Source: Octopus vulgaris
Taxonomy: Eukaryota
Assembly: GCA_951406725.2 (NCBI GenBank)
Contig: OX597818.1
Coordinates: 11,904,001-11,968,000 of the forward strand
Direction: 5' to 3'
Length of the DNA stretch: 64,000 bases
Every line of letters begins with the position of its first letter. The first letter of the stretch is position 1. Positions 40,930 to 54,219 of the stretch are shown piece after piece. The position numbers were made by a program, and so were the translations under genes. Under the pieces are notes generated by a model. It saw only the letters and a list, made by a program, of their open reading frames with translations. It ran no database searches and had not been told where the DNA came from.

Positions 40930-42520
40930 CACTAAATTTCCTCTAATATGTGACATTCGGTGAGTGAGGGAGTTTGATGTTGCGGCCCTAATTTGTGTTT
41001 CTTGCCGCGAGGTAGGTTCATCCAGAACTCTTATTAGAAGATCCAGTTTTGTTTTGAAGACACCTATATCCACTCCATGTAAGTCTATTAGGCTTTGTGT
41101 GAGGAAACTGAAGAATGTGGGCCTTTGAAATCCAAGCTGTTGCAGTAGCTGGTCCTGTATCCTGATGGCAATGTTGAAAGTTTGCGTACTATGCAGTGGC
41201 GCCCTGTTGTGCTGTTCGTGCAACTTTCAATGCTAAAGTTAGGTACAAGTTCTAGGATTTTCCAGACGTATATCACTGCATATCTCTCCCAACTTCGTTC
41301 TAGAGAGTAGTCTTAACTTTTTCAGTCTTTCTCAGTAGGTACCATGTCACATTGAGATGATCTTCTTTGTGTAGCTTCGCTGGATTGCTTCGAGTTCCAT
41401 TGTTAATTTTACAGTGTGTAGGGAGCAGTAATCTAAACGGCTGAGGACAAATGTCCTCCAGAGAACCATCATAGTTTCCTGTTCTCTCGTTCTGAAACTT
41501 TTAAGGATCCATCCGGACAACTGTCTGCATTTCATTGCCAACTTAGTAACATGCACTTAGAAAGATGCATCATTATTCATGTCGATGCTCAGGTCGCGCC
41601 CTGATTTTGATTCAGGGGTTCTCATCCCTCCTGAGCCAGTATATCCTGTCCATTTTTCATTCAGCTTCGTGTATTGGTAGCGCATGGGCAAGGCTTAGAA
41701 TTTTCTAACATTAAACTGCAAGTTATTTTCCTTAGCCTACCTGTATATTGAGTCAAACTCCAGTTGCAGATGCGCAACATCTCCAGGATTCTGTATCCGC
41801 TGAGAGACTTTTGTATCATCTGCATAGCTAGTAAGGAAAACTATCTGAGCAACTGAGGGTCACTACAAATAGCAGTGGCCCTAAGGCAGTCCCCTGTGGG
41901 ACACCACTTATTGTGCTTCCTTGGAGGTGGCCCTGTTGGCCAACACTGACTTCTATCTTTTAGGAAGACATGCAGCCATACTCCAAGCTTTTCTACTCTT
42001 TCAAGATTACGCAGCTTGTGACACTATAGTCGACTTAATCAAAGGCTTTTGCAAAAATATATCACGTCTACATTTGAGTTGTCGAGTAGCTGTTTTAACA
42101 CCCAACCGTAGTGCCACAAAAGCTATGTCAGGCAGCTTCTACCTAGTCGAAAGCCGAGCTGGGTGTCAGTCAGCAAGTCATTCTCTTCAAGGAATGCAAT
42201 TAGTTCTTTTCGGACTATTCATTCCATGACTTTGCTGATGTGTAAGGTTAGAGAAATAGACCTATAGATTTTAGCATCTACTCTGCTTCCTCCTTAATGA
42301 ATAGAGCATATAATTGCCTCCTTCAGTTTGCCTGAGAGCTTAAAATTTGCAAGGAAGCTTTGAAAAAGAAGCTGCAGTGGCTTTGCAAAGGCTCGTTTGC
42401 ATGACTTGAGAAGGATTGCTGGAAATCCATTGGGGCCAGAATCTGAGTTTGTGTCTACGACATCTATTGCCAGTATTACATCCTCTTCTTTGATGTTGAT
42501 GTAATCAATTGTTACTGTCT
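40930..42520 (-). mobile_element. Degenerate CR1-like LINE RT fragment
   Basis: Minus strand reads GVPQGTALGPLLF, SYADDTKV, GWILKSFRTR..LSRLDYCS, LEAIQRSYTK and YSLER, with many stops and frameshifts. Confidence 0.85.
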
Positions 42521-44349
42521 ACTTTTCTACATTTGTAATGATATAAAATATTGGATAAAATTATATTATTAAGAATTATATTTAAAAAATTAAAATATCT
42601 TGTGTATTGTAGAAGTATAAGCAATTTATTGCATTAATTTTAGCAATAAAATTCTATTAGGACCCCGAAGGGCCATATGAACCTTGGTTGAGAAGTTCTG
42701 ATGTAAGCGACCCATATATTGAAACTCATAACTAAAAGGATGTGTTGATAAGGTTGTAATTGCACCGTTGAAATATTCATATGATGAATAATCACTAAAG
42801 AACAAGAAAAACGTGAAGTATTTGTGCATATGTAATTTAGTATAACAGTACTTCTCAGTAGCACAGAATTGAGTATTAATAGGCGATCCACAAGTTCAGA
42901 ACATCACTTGCTATTTTTAACAAGTTGTTACGGCAAAAGTGAAAGTGATAGCCAAAACTCAAAATATTTCTTTCTCTTATAATAACCAGAGTGTATGAAC
43001 ACTTTGAAATACATATGAAGGTTCTTGGGTACAACACCCTTTTCTTGAAGGTACGACACAGCATCCTCCTGTTTTCAATGTCTCCATCATAGAAACGAGG
43101 TTACAGGAGCTTGCTGCCATAATCAAACAATAAAATTTCCAACAGAACACAGCATCAAATTTGTCAACACGTGCTTTCTCGCAGATAAAAGAGTTCTCCA
43201 TTCCTCTTGTTAATATGGAAACAGGCACGTGCTTTCTCGTAGACAAAAGAGTTCTTATGTTCTGCTTGTTACAATGGAAACGGGCATGAATATGTCTGTG
43301 GCTTACGATTGGCTAAAATTACCAAAATTTTCGAATTTAAATTGCTAATAACTCTTTATTTATGGATTTATAGCGAAAATGATTTTCACGTCATTCATTA
43401 GCCAATAAAAGTATATCATTACACTGAATGTGAAATCAATTCGAACAGAATTGATGCTGGCAGCCAAAAGGGAAAAAAAATTGAAATAAAGTAAAAAAGT
43501 TAAGGCAAATAATTCGCTCTTTTCAGAAGAAATAACAGGCATTTGTGTTGCACAACTACCCGTTTCATGATGTTGACTCAAAACTTTCGACTTATTAAAA
43601 CACATATTAATATAATAATAAACTTTATTATTGCACTATGGTAAAGAAAACCTTTTTCTGAGGTAGGGTTTTACATAAGATCCGGTAACAACTGAGAAAC
43701 GAAATTTCTGATTGGCTGTTTTTATCTTTTAAAATAGTTAAGAATAGTAATGTGAGAAACAATTAACATGTTTTTGAGAGAGACGTTATTGACCATTTCG
43801 AAGTGGATATTTTATGAGTCACGTTTATTTTTCAGTTTTAAATGAAAAAAGAAATGGTAGAGTAGGAGTGGTAGTAAATAGTTTACCCACTTTTTTCTTC
43901 TTTTTGCTTTTATTTTCTTGTTTCTGTAGCCATAACAAACAAAAGATTTAAACCCAGAACCCAGAATTATATTTATTTAATCATTGAGGAAATTGTGTCG
44001 AGTGTCATATAACAAAAACTGTAAAACAACTGTGAATAAAATTTCAACTTTTATAAAGAGAAAGAAAAAGAAACAAAAAAAAAGGTGAAAGAAAACGAGC
44101 GAGGAGTGTCATAGAAAAAGCGTTTAATATCGCTAACGACAAAACGTATGAAAAGAACTTACATATCGAGAAAACAGGAAACAGTTCTATTAATCGTTCA
44201 TATGGTTCACGTGTCAAGGACACATAAACAATAACTTTTTTCTCTCTCTCTCTTATACAGGCATGCACACAATCCAGATGACTTTTAATAATGATAAAAA
44301 TCTTAGCAGACAACTGGCTTAGAGAGAAATGGAAGCTAATATATGATAG

Positions 44350-45153
44350 GCGCAAGTGTGGCTGTGTGATAAGAAATTTGCTTCCCAACTAGATGGTTCC
44401 AGGTTCAGTCCCACTACATGGCACCGAGGACAAGTGTCTTATATTATAGCGTCGGACTGACCAAAGCCTTGTGAGACGGAGACCCGTCATGTGTGTATAT
44501 GATGTGTGTGTGTTTGTAACCCAACCACCACTTGACAAACGATGTTGGTGGAGACCAAAAGAATAAGTACTGGCTTTACAACAACAAAAATAAATAAATA
44601 TTGGAGTCGATATGTTTGACTAAAATCAATCAAGGCAGTGGCCCTAGCTTCGCAACAGTTTAATGACTGAAACAAGTAAAAAGTAAGAAACTGAAAATAA
44701 TTGTGTGTGTGTGGAGGGGCGTGGCTTAGTGGTTAGGGTGTTGAACTCATGATCGTAAGGTTGTGGCTTCGATTCCTGGACTGGGCGATGCATTGTGTTC
44801 TTGAGCAAAACAGTCCATTTCACAATGCTCCAGTCCACTTAGCTGGCAAAAATGAGTAATCCTGCGACAGACCAGCGTCCCGTGTAGGTGGGGAATTTCT
44901 ACGCCACTGAAACCAGGAAACCGGCCCTTATGAACCTGGCATGGCTCGAGAAGGAACATTAGTGGAACATGGCCTAGTGGTTAGAGCTGCGGACGAGGGA
45001 TCGCGGGTTCGAATCTCAGACTGGGCGATGTGTGTGTTTATGAGCGAAACATCTAAGCTCCACGAGGCTCCGGCAGAAAGTAATGGCGAACTTCTGCTGA
45101 CTCTTTCGCCACAACTTTCCCTCACTCTTTCCTCCTGCGTGGTTCGAGAAGGA
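44350..45153 (+). mobile_element. Cluster of three tRNA-derived SINEs of different families (44350-44690, 44715-44965, 44968-45153)
   Basis: Three successive tRNA-like heads (tggctgtgtgataag; gtggcttagtggttag..ttcgattcc; tggcctagtggttag..ggttcgaatc). A related head lies at 35415-35720. Confidence 0.8.
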
Positions 45154-45182
45154 ACAAACAACAACAACAACAATATATGTAT

Positions 45183-45575
45183 AGGAGTGGCTGTGTGGTA
45201 AGTAGCTTGTTTACCAACCACATGGTTCCGGGTTCAGTCCCACTGCGTGGCACCTTGGGCAAGTGTCTTCTACTATAGCCTCGGGTCGACCAAAGCCTTG
45301 TGGGTGGATTTGGTAGACGGAAACTGAAAGAAGCCCGTCGTATATATGTATATGTATGCATGTGCGTGTATGTTTGTGTGTCTGTGTTTGTCCCCCTAGC
45401 ATTGCTTGACAACTGATGCTGGTGTGTTTATGTCCCCGTCACTTAGCGGTTCGGCATAAGAGACCGATAGAATAAGTACTGGGCTTACAAAGAATAAGTC
45501 CCGGGGTCAAGTTGCTCGATTAAAGGCGGTGCACCAACATGGCCGCAGTCAAAATGACAAACAAGTAAAAAGAGA
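45183..45575 (+). mobile_element. tRNA-derived SINE, best-preserved copy of the dominant family
   Basis: A-box tggctgtgtggtaag and B-box gggttcagtccc, central (TA/TG)n and shared tail ..gatagaataagtact..aaacaagtaaaa. Confidence 0.9.
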
Positions 45576-45576
45576 A

Positions 45577-45612
<36 letters not shown>

Positions 45613-45715
45613 ATATATATGTAAATAAAAATATATATATATAAATAAATATAAATATATATTAATAATATGACAACAAAAGAATGAATGAGACCTCAAT
45701 ATTATGTACTATATA

Positions 45716-47372
45716 GATCGGAGGTGACGGCCCTGAAAAATACAGATGGAATACCGGTCAACGAGAAGAGCGAGATGGAAAAAGTTTGTGAAGACTTCTA
45801 CACCAAGCTCTTTAAGTCTACCAGAAATGTCCAGCCGTTACCACCATTCCAACAGGAAGAAAACGTGCCACCTATTCTTGTCAGTGAGGTTGAAAGAGCC
45901 ATCGGCTCGATGAAAAACGGAAAGGCTCCAGGGAAAGACGGTATAACATCGGAGGTGCTAAAGTCAGGCAGAGAGCAGCTCTGGAAAATCCTCGCTGAGC
46001 GATTTACGCACTATCTAGACGAGGGAAGAATTCCCTCACAGTGGAAAGAGTCAAATACCATCCTGCTGTATAAGAAGGGCGACAGAGAAGATCTAAAGAA
46101 CTACCGACCCATATGCCTGCTGTCTCACGTGTACAAGCCGTTCACGAAGATAATTCTGAACAGGTTGTCACGTCGTCTCGACGAACAACAACCGAGGGAG
46201 CAAGCAGTCTTCCGGAAGAACTACAGCACAATGGACCATATATTTGCTCTAACGCAACTTCTAGAGCGAGCAAATGAGTACAAGCTGCCTCTTTGCGTTG
46301 CGTTTATAGATTATGAGAAGGCCTTCGATAGCGTCGAAACCAACGCAGTGCTGAACTCGCTGCAGAGGCAAGGAATCAAAGCGCAATATGTGCAGCTGCT
46401 CAGATAGGCAAATTCCAGATGCACCACCGACATAGCTCTACTGTCATCACCCACACGAGTGCCGGTCGAGAAGGGAGTGAAGCAAGGTGATACAATCTCC
46501 CCAAAACTTTTCACTGCATGTCTCGAACAGATCATCAGAGGCATCGAATGGCAAGGTGGTGTCAACATCAATGGCGAGCTCCTCACTCACCTCCGTCTCG
46601 CTGACGACATCGTACTCATCGCTGAAAACATGGATCAGCTTCAGACAATGCTGACGGAGCTCGACATCAAAAGTTCTGCAGTAGGTTTCAAGATGAACCG
46701 CATGAAAACAAAGTTCATGCGGTCAGACAACGTACCAACAGGTCGAATGGTGATCGGCAGTGATGAAATAGAGGAGGTGAGAGAATATGTCTACCTGGGA
46801 CAGGAAGTAAATATGTGCCGGGATATCAAAAAGGAGATCTCACGGAGAGTAAGGGCCGGATGGAAGGCGTTCAATGGCATAAGGGATGTGCTCAAGGGAA
46901 GGTTGGACAGGACCACCCGCGCCAACCTCATTAACAGTGCAGTTCTGCCTGCAATGTTATATGGTAGTGAAACATGGGCTACCACAAAGAGAGAAGAGCA
47001 AAGACTGGCAACGGCTCAAAGAGCCATGGAAAGGTCAATGCTTGGTATCTCGTTTAGAAAGCACATAAATAGCAACATCATCAGAAAGAAGTCCGGCGTG
47101 AGAGATGTCATCGCAGAGTATACTCGCAGCAAGTATAGATGGGCTGGACACGTCGCCCGGCTCACCGATAATCGGTGGACGCACGCAGTTGTCGAGTGGT
47201 ACCCGCGTGAGCGGAAAAAACCACCCGGAAGACCTCCACGACGATGGAGTGACGATTTCAAGAGGACGATTGGGATCACGTGGATGAGAAAGGCACGATC
47301 CAGAGAGGAGTGGACAGCGTGTTGTGACCAGCGGTGTCAAATGGACGCCTGACGGACTGGTCGGTCAAAGTG
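45716..47372 (+). mobile_element. Young 5'-truncated RTE-clade non-LTR retrotransposon (reverse transcriptase)
   Basis: ORFs 45688-46407 and 46459-47352 are in the same frame, separated by one TAG. RT motifs KAPGKDG, NYRPICLL, FIDYEKAFD, GVKQGDTISP, LADD, YVYLG and RTE C-terminus WAGHVAR..GRP..RW. Flanked by TA-rich sequence. Confidence 0.95.
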
Positions 47373-47589
47373 ATATATATATATACACATGCATTTGTAC
47401 ACATATATACACATTTAACATATGCTTATACATACAAATACTACACACGTATATAGTCACACAATCGAAAAAGGGGGGAATGAAAAAATATACATAAAGC
47501 AATAAAAAAATGTTAAGACATATGAAAAGCTAGTATATGGACATAATAAAAAAACAGGTTCTATCTGTGATCTTGGGGGGCCCAAAAAC

Positions 47590-48200
47590 GTAACAAGTAT
47601 TTTGTCATATGTAGACATGTTCCGAAAGGTTCAGTTCTTGAATTTAGACATGTAGTGGGGTCTAAAGAACTTTTTCAGATGAGCCATCTTTCCATATCGC
47701 AAAGACCACACTTTCCATTGCCGTTGGTGTAAGGTTTACACTTGGCCAAGATATTCCAGTGAATCTTATAGCTGACACCTTGTTCTTTTAAGGACCATAT
47801 ATAACTGGATAATTTGGTCGTTTTTCTTTTATCTCAGTGTCTGAAGCTTAAGGTGTGATTATTGAACCTAGCTTTAAAATTTCCCTCTGTGAGACCCACA
47901 TATTTCTTTGATGAAACTGTGGCCTTAGTGGTTGTAGAATCTACGGTGGGTTCATAAATGATGGTCTCGGTCATGCAAGCTCCATTTAGCAAGCACAAGT
48001 CTTTATCTCTGTAGGAACAGCCAGCTTCATGTTGTTTTTGTGTGTTGTGTGCAATTATATTTTTTAGATTTGTGGTTGAACTAAAACTAATTTTTAGGTT
48101 ATGTCTATTAAAAAGCTTCCTATATTTATGATTCATTGGAAAGTGCCTATCTATAAGTGATTTGGCCAATAGTGAGAGAGTGTCTTCAAACATCGCCTTT
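47590..48200 (-). mobile_element. Penelope-like element remnant (Cys linker + GIY-YIG endonuclease)
   Basis: ORF 47834-48193: LIDRHFP..KLFNRHNLKISFS, C..CLLNGAC, IIY..KYVGLTEGNFKARFNNHTLSFRH, continuing after a stop as LSSYIWSLK..KCGLC..LNSRTE. Confidence 0.88.
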
Positions 48201-48419
48201 GTAGCCAGACTTTTAGTTAACGTGAAAACTGATAAACAAGGTCATAGCATTTTCAGAATTCTTGATTCAACTCAGCAAAAGATGTATTGAGCCTAAACAA
48301 GAAGGTACTGTAAAGGTTCCTCTTCAGTACTTAGTTCCAGACCTTGAAAACATCACCAAAGAAACTTTCCGAAACTTAAGAAGGGTACTGTAATTCAACT
48401 GAAAACCTTATTAAACACA

Positions 48420-48640
48420 GATGCACTTGAAAAAAAACAGATTTTGTACTGAACAGTTGCTGGGTAACTCACAAGGTTATAACCCTGCCACTTCAAATTT
48501 AATAATTATCAAACGTGCCACTCCAATAGAATTTCTCAACAGCATATCATCTGGCCTATCCAACCATGAACTGGTGCTAAAAGTTGAATGTGCTGTTATG
48601 CTTTTACATAACCTAGAAACAAGTTCAACACAGTGTCTCT
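48420..48640 (+). mobile_element. Helitron PIF1-type helicase fragment
   Basis: PIEFLNSISSGLSNHELVLKVECAVMLLHNL matches the Helitron motif PxEFLNSxxxSGLPPHxLxLKVGxxxMLLRNL. Confidence 0.8.
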
Positions 48641-48924
48641 TCATCTCAGAAGAATAAAAGGTGTTTTAGTCTTCTTGCTCCCTCACCATGACAGAAAAAC
48701 AAATACCCTTTCACCATCATCAGGTGAAAATTCCCTTTCAGAAATACTTCTGCAGTGTTAATGAATAAAAGTCAAGAACACAAAAATGACAATGCTACGA
48801 CCTACCTACAAAAGCTTATTTTTTACCCCTGGCCAATTGTTCACCACATTTTTGCAAGCAAAAAGAAACTCCAGTATCAAAGTTTTAATTGACAACAATA
48901 CTAATGAACTCACAACAAAGAACA

Positions 48925-49642
48925 GCTGTAAGCAAATATAATTTATTCCAGTATATTTACCCAGTTTTCATGTAATTGAGATTATCTTTTCAAAAATCTG
49001 ATAATATTTTTTCTCTTTTTTATGCTGCATATTGTTACATTACATTTAATATAAAATTAAGATTAAAGAAACATTGAAATTTTTCTATGCTATCATCACC
49101 ATGACCACTGAAAAATCAACATTTCCTTACAAAATAGACAGAACAGTCTGCTTATTATCACAATTATACCTAAACTCAGCAAACATTTTGAAAATTGTAA
49201 CAAACAATAACAAATTATCAAAATTTGTTTTCAGATAAATCTGCAAGATCTAACAATTTCAATTTCCAATAACACAAATTTTATGCTACATTGTACATTG
49301 CATTTGTTATCTCCTTACATCATGTGTATTACACAAATAATTCTTGATTTCAGATAATATTGCAGGGGCAACAACCTGTAAACTTCTAATATTAATTAAA
49401 ACTAATGAGTGACTCTGCTAATTTCTCACACATACCATCTTTATCTATAAGAGTCAATGCTCATTGAGAAATGGCGATGTTGAATAATATTCACATTTCT
49501 CAAATGTACTTTCCATAATTTGAACACAAATCCCAAATTATCAAAAGAGAAAAACTCAGGTTTGAAGTCAAACTAGAACTCAAGAGATGCTGAAAGACTG
49601 ATAGTTGTAATGGAGTTGCAAGCTCTCCCCTTCCATTTTAAA

Positions 49643-49685
<43 letters not shown>

Positions 49686-49873
49686 GAAAACAGACATGGA
49701 TAAACTTAACGCAATTAAACTACTGTTTGTAATGCCAAACTATACTGTTGCAAATAATTGTTATTATGGTTTGTTATTCTCTTAGCACATAGAAAAGTAA
49801 GGAGATTGCCTTGACGTCTTTCATAACTGGTTGGCCAATCTTGTGAGAATAAAAGTAATCCTTGCCATTTTGT
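48925..49873 (-). other. Candidate 3'UTR with AATAAA poly(A) signal
   Basis: About 950 nt of TE-free AU-rich sequence after the stop, with a (GA)n tract and minus-strand AATAAA at 48947-48942. Confidence 0.4.
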
Positions 49874-49925
49874 CTAGTCTGCACAATGTGCATTAATCAA
49901 TGACATAATTAAGTACTTCAGATGC
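49874..49925 (-). CDS. Candidate terminal coding exon of the same unidentified gene
   Basis: Acceptor ttttgtttaatctctttacaacccag|G. Splicing to the micro-exon gives ISSKYVHYRRHLKYLIMSLINAHCAD* (stop 49876-49874) or, in the other frame, FLLNMYITVGI* (stop at 49918). Confidence 0.45.
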
Positions 49926-51001
49926 CTGGGTTGTAAAGAGATTAAACAAAATACATTCATATTTATTTTATACAGTAAATACATTAACTGTATTCTGTCT
50001 ACATTAAATTTATCTTATATTTTCAAATACACTTCCTTCATACTTAAAAATATTTGACATAGAATTGCCATAAATGCTAATAGTAATTACCTTTTCTGCT
50101 ACAAGTATAAGGTCTAGAATTTTGGGAAAAAGTGGATAGTTGATTACATGAACCCCAATGCTGAGCTGGTATTTATTTTTTTATTGACCCCAAAAGGGTG
50201 AAAGGCAAAGTCAACCTCAGTGGAATTTGAACTTAGAACATGAAATCAGACAAAATGCCACTAAGCATTTTGCCTGGCATGCTAACAATTCTGCCAGCTC
50301 ACTGCCTTAATAATAATAATAATAATTTTTAACATAGGTATAAAACCACAAATCCCAGTACATAGCTGGTACTTTATCAGCCCCAGGAAAATGAAAAACA
50401 AAGGTTATTTTGACAGGATTTCAACCTAAAATATAAAAGAACACTACATGGCATTTCATATGCAGTTCTACAGATAATTCTAAAGCATGTACAAGGCCAT
50501 AAGTTACAGATAAGGAAGCAGCTGTTTATATCAACCCCAGTACTTGACCATTACTTAGTCTTTTGACTCCAGAAAGATGAAAGGTAAAAAAAAAATTTTT
50601 TTTTAAATTGGCAATACTGAGAGAAGTGTTACCAAAATTAGACCAAAACTCAGTTCACAGAAGAGATGAATAGCAAAGTCAAGCCAGTAGGATTTCAACT
50701 GTAAAAGGACATAACTAAGTACTGCAAGATATTTCCAGACTGTAAAAGGACATAACTAAGCAGTGCAAGATTTTGTGTGACACTCTTTTAGCCTAATATT
50801 TCATTATCTGATTTACAAATTATCGTCCTCAGCATCATCATCATCCTTTGACATCTATTTTCCATGCTGGCATGGCTTGGACAGATTGATCAGAGCTGGC
50901 AAGTAGGAGAGCCACACCAGGTTCCAGTCTGATTTGGCTTGATTTCTACATCTAGATGCCCTTCTTAATGCCAACCACTTTAGAGTGTGTGGTGGGTCTT
51001 T

Positions 51002-51225
51002 TTAACCCTTTCATTACTGTATTTATTTTGAGATGTTCTGTGTTTCTTTCAATTACTTTAAATATAATAAATAATTCAGTAAAATAACTTAGTTATCATT
51101 CAGCTAGTGTTAGGAACATAAATTGTGACTAAGATTTTAATTCAAAAATTCAAAACTTATGAAAACAAAATATTCGTACTCAGAGCCAGAGCCAGTTTCA
51201 GCCAGGTTGGTAATGAAAGGGTTAA
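51002..51225. mobile_element. TTAA-specific (piggyBac-like) MITE; related copies at ~15600-15832 and ~20322-20770
   Basis: TTAA-CCCTTTCATTAC...GTAATGAAAGGG-TTAA. Confidence 0.85.
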
Positions 51226-51359
51226 CATAGCACTGACATGTTAAAAGCATACACACTTTAAATAAAACCCTTGATTCAGTAACACTGTGCACAAACTCTA
51301 TACTTGGAATGACCAATTTTAAATACTGTTGGATTTTATTCATAAGGTATCGGAATCTT

Positions 51360-53215
51360 ATATAAATCTTTGTACTTGGCTTTTGTTGACTTGGAGAAAG
51401 CTTTGACAGGGCCCCCAATCCCTTATCTGGTGGTCAATGTGGAAACTGGGGATAGATGAGTGGCTGGTAAGAATTGTACAAGCTCTGTACAGGGATGCTG
51501 TCAGTAAGGTGAGGGTGGGCAACAAGTATAGTGAAGAATTCCAAGTTGGGGTTCACCAAGGATCAGTCCTCAGCCCCCTCTTATTCATTATAGACCTCCA
51601 GGCAATAACAGGAATTGAAGACAGGTTGCCCAAGAGCTCCTCTATGCTGATGACCTTCCTCTAATAGCCGAGTCACTGCCAGTCTTTGTAAGTAGGAAGG
51701 CTGTCAAATCCTAACCCCCTTCAGGTAGATGGTCCTGCCTGATCTCTAGAAACTCCATATGATGTACCCAGTGTAAGCTATGGACACATAAAAGGTGCAG
51801 CAATATCAAAGGAAGGTTAACCAGGAAAATAGTTTTTGTGTAGTAGATGCACTGGGGCAATAAACACAGAAGATGTACAGAAAACAGATTCCATCGCATG
51901 TCAGGATGAGAAACTAGAAGTAGTTAATAGCTTCCGCTACTTAGGTGACGAAGTCTGCAGTGAGGGGCAGTTGCTCTGAGAGTGTAATGACTAGAGTAAG
52001 AATAGCGTGGGCAAAGTTCAGGGAGCTCCTACTTCTTCTGGCAAATAAAGGCCTCTCACTCAGAGTGAAAGGTAGACTGTATGATGCATGTGTGCAAACT
52101 GCTACATGGCAGTTGAACATGGGCCATGAATAGTGAGGACATGCGTAGGCTTGAAATGAAGCTAGTATGATCCGCTGGATGTGTAATGTCAGTGTGCATA
52201 CATGACAGAATGTAAGCGCCCAAGAGAGAAGTCGGGCATAAGAAGCATCAAATGTGGTGTGCAAGAGTGGTGACTGTGCTGGTATGGCACTGGGGTCGAT
52301 ATAATTGACTTAATACCTATGTCTGTCCTTGTTTGTCCCCTCTGTGTTTAGCCCCTTGTGGGTAATAAAGAAATAGGTATGGCCATGTGTTATGTATGAA
52401 TGAAGACAGCAGTGTAAGGAAGTGCCACTCCCTAACTGTAGAAGGAACCTGTGGAATAGGTAGACCCAGGAAGACATGGGATGAGGTGGTGAAGCATGAC
52501 CTTTGAACATTTGGCCTCACAGAGGCAATCACAGGAGACCAAGACCTTTGGAGATATGCTGTAATTGAGAAGACCTGGCAACTAAAGTGAGATCGCAGCC
52601 ATGTATGTCCGGCCCTATTAAGAATACCCTTGATGTGCCAGATGATATGACATGCTTGAGAAGACCTGTTGAGTCAAGTAAAACCAATATCATAGCTGGG
52701 GCCACCTGTGTTGGTGATAGCATGTAAAAAACATCATCAGAATGTGGTTGATAGCAGGTCCACCTGACTGGCCCCCGTGCCAGTGGCACATAAAAAGCAC
52801 CAACCAAACGTGATCAATGCCAGTATCCCCAGATTGGCTCCCGTGCCAGTGGCACGTAAAAAGCACCATCCAAACATGGTCGATGCCAGGTCTGCCTGAC
52901 TGGCTCCCGTGCCAGGGGCACATAAAAAGCACCAACCGATCATGACCATTGCCAGTACCCACTGACTAGCTCCTGTGCCGATGGCACATAAAAAGCACCA
53001 TCCAAACATAATCATTGCCAGGCCCACCTGGCTCCTGTGCTGGTAGCATGTAAAAAGCATCCACTACACTCTCAGAGTGGTTGGCATTAGGAAGGGCATC
53101 CAGTTGTAGAAACTGTGCCAGATCAGATTGGAGCCAGAGCAGCTGCTGGCTCTCAGTCAAACCATCCAACCTATGCCAGCATACAAAACAGACATTAATC
53201 GATGATGATGATGAT
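51360..53215 (+). mobile_element. Degenerate RTE-family LINE with 3'UTR tandem repeats and (GAT)n tail
   Basis: LAFVDLEKA, WKLGIDEWLVRIVQALY, GVHQGSVLSPLLF, RVRIAWAKFREL and GRPRKTW, followed by ~60-bp repeats (..gtgccagtggcacataaaaagcacc..) and gatgatgatgat. Confidence 0.88.
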
Positions 53216-54219
53216 AAATTTAAACATTAACTGCGTCAATCTCACCAGTCAGGAATGGACCTCAAAAACTATTTCAGTGTTCACTGACCCCTATTCCTTG
53301 GTCTATATGATAAAAATTCACTCTCTATCATTCTTTCTTTGTTCCAGCATACTGCATAAGTGTTGACAAAACATAAGTAATGATATGATAGAAAATGCCT
53401 CTTTTTACTCAACGAGTTGTGTGGAGGAAAAAAAAAAACAATGCAGGACGAAAGAGACTTCTTTAGTCATAACAGAAATGAGACCTCTGGAGTCAAACTA
53501 ATGAGGCCAAGACTGCCTGTCTGGTGTCAGTGACACACATGGTATACTCTGTAAAGTGGCTGGTAACATGATGGGCATGCAGCCCTTCTTATTGATAGTG
53601 TATGTTCCATTTGAGGTGTAGAAATGATGTCAAAATGGAATTTACATATGCAATGTGGGTTCTAACACATCTAGGAGGGCAAAGAGCAGCACCATTTTCC
53701 AATATCTAGGTAGTATTCAAACAACTGCATTCTCGTGATTTCAGACAGCTCACGATGTCAAGATACAAGTGATCACTCTACCTGCTAGAAATAGCAACCA
53801 AATCTCCCCACAAATCACACTTTTTTTTTTTAAAAGAAAGGGAAGAACACTGTAGATAAAGTATTTCTTGATATCCCTAAACATACAAGAGAGTTACAAT
53901 AACATTCTCTTGACCATAGGTCCTGCAGGATTAACACAGAACAGGAGTTAACACTAGCATTTAAGCCAGCCGTATCTAGCCCAAATAGTCTACCTGCTTT
54001 ATAGTCTACCAGCCAGATCTAGCCCCTCACAACTACCCTACAATATCATTCTGAAAATGAACAATCACATCACTGAAATCTCAAAACTAAGAGGTAATGC
54101 TTGATTAATTCAAAGCAATGTATATGAATAAGCATTACACTTGACAGAGTAATCTAAATGCTAAAGAGTTATGCACCAGTTACCTGGTGTTTTAAAAGAG
54201 CAAAACCAACTGAACTTAC

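Noticed and set aside
44715-45050. tRNA genes
   Set aside because: A/B boxes without a complete cloverleaf, continuing into SINE bodies.
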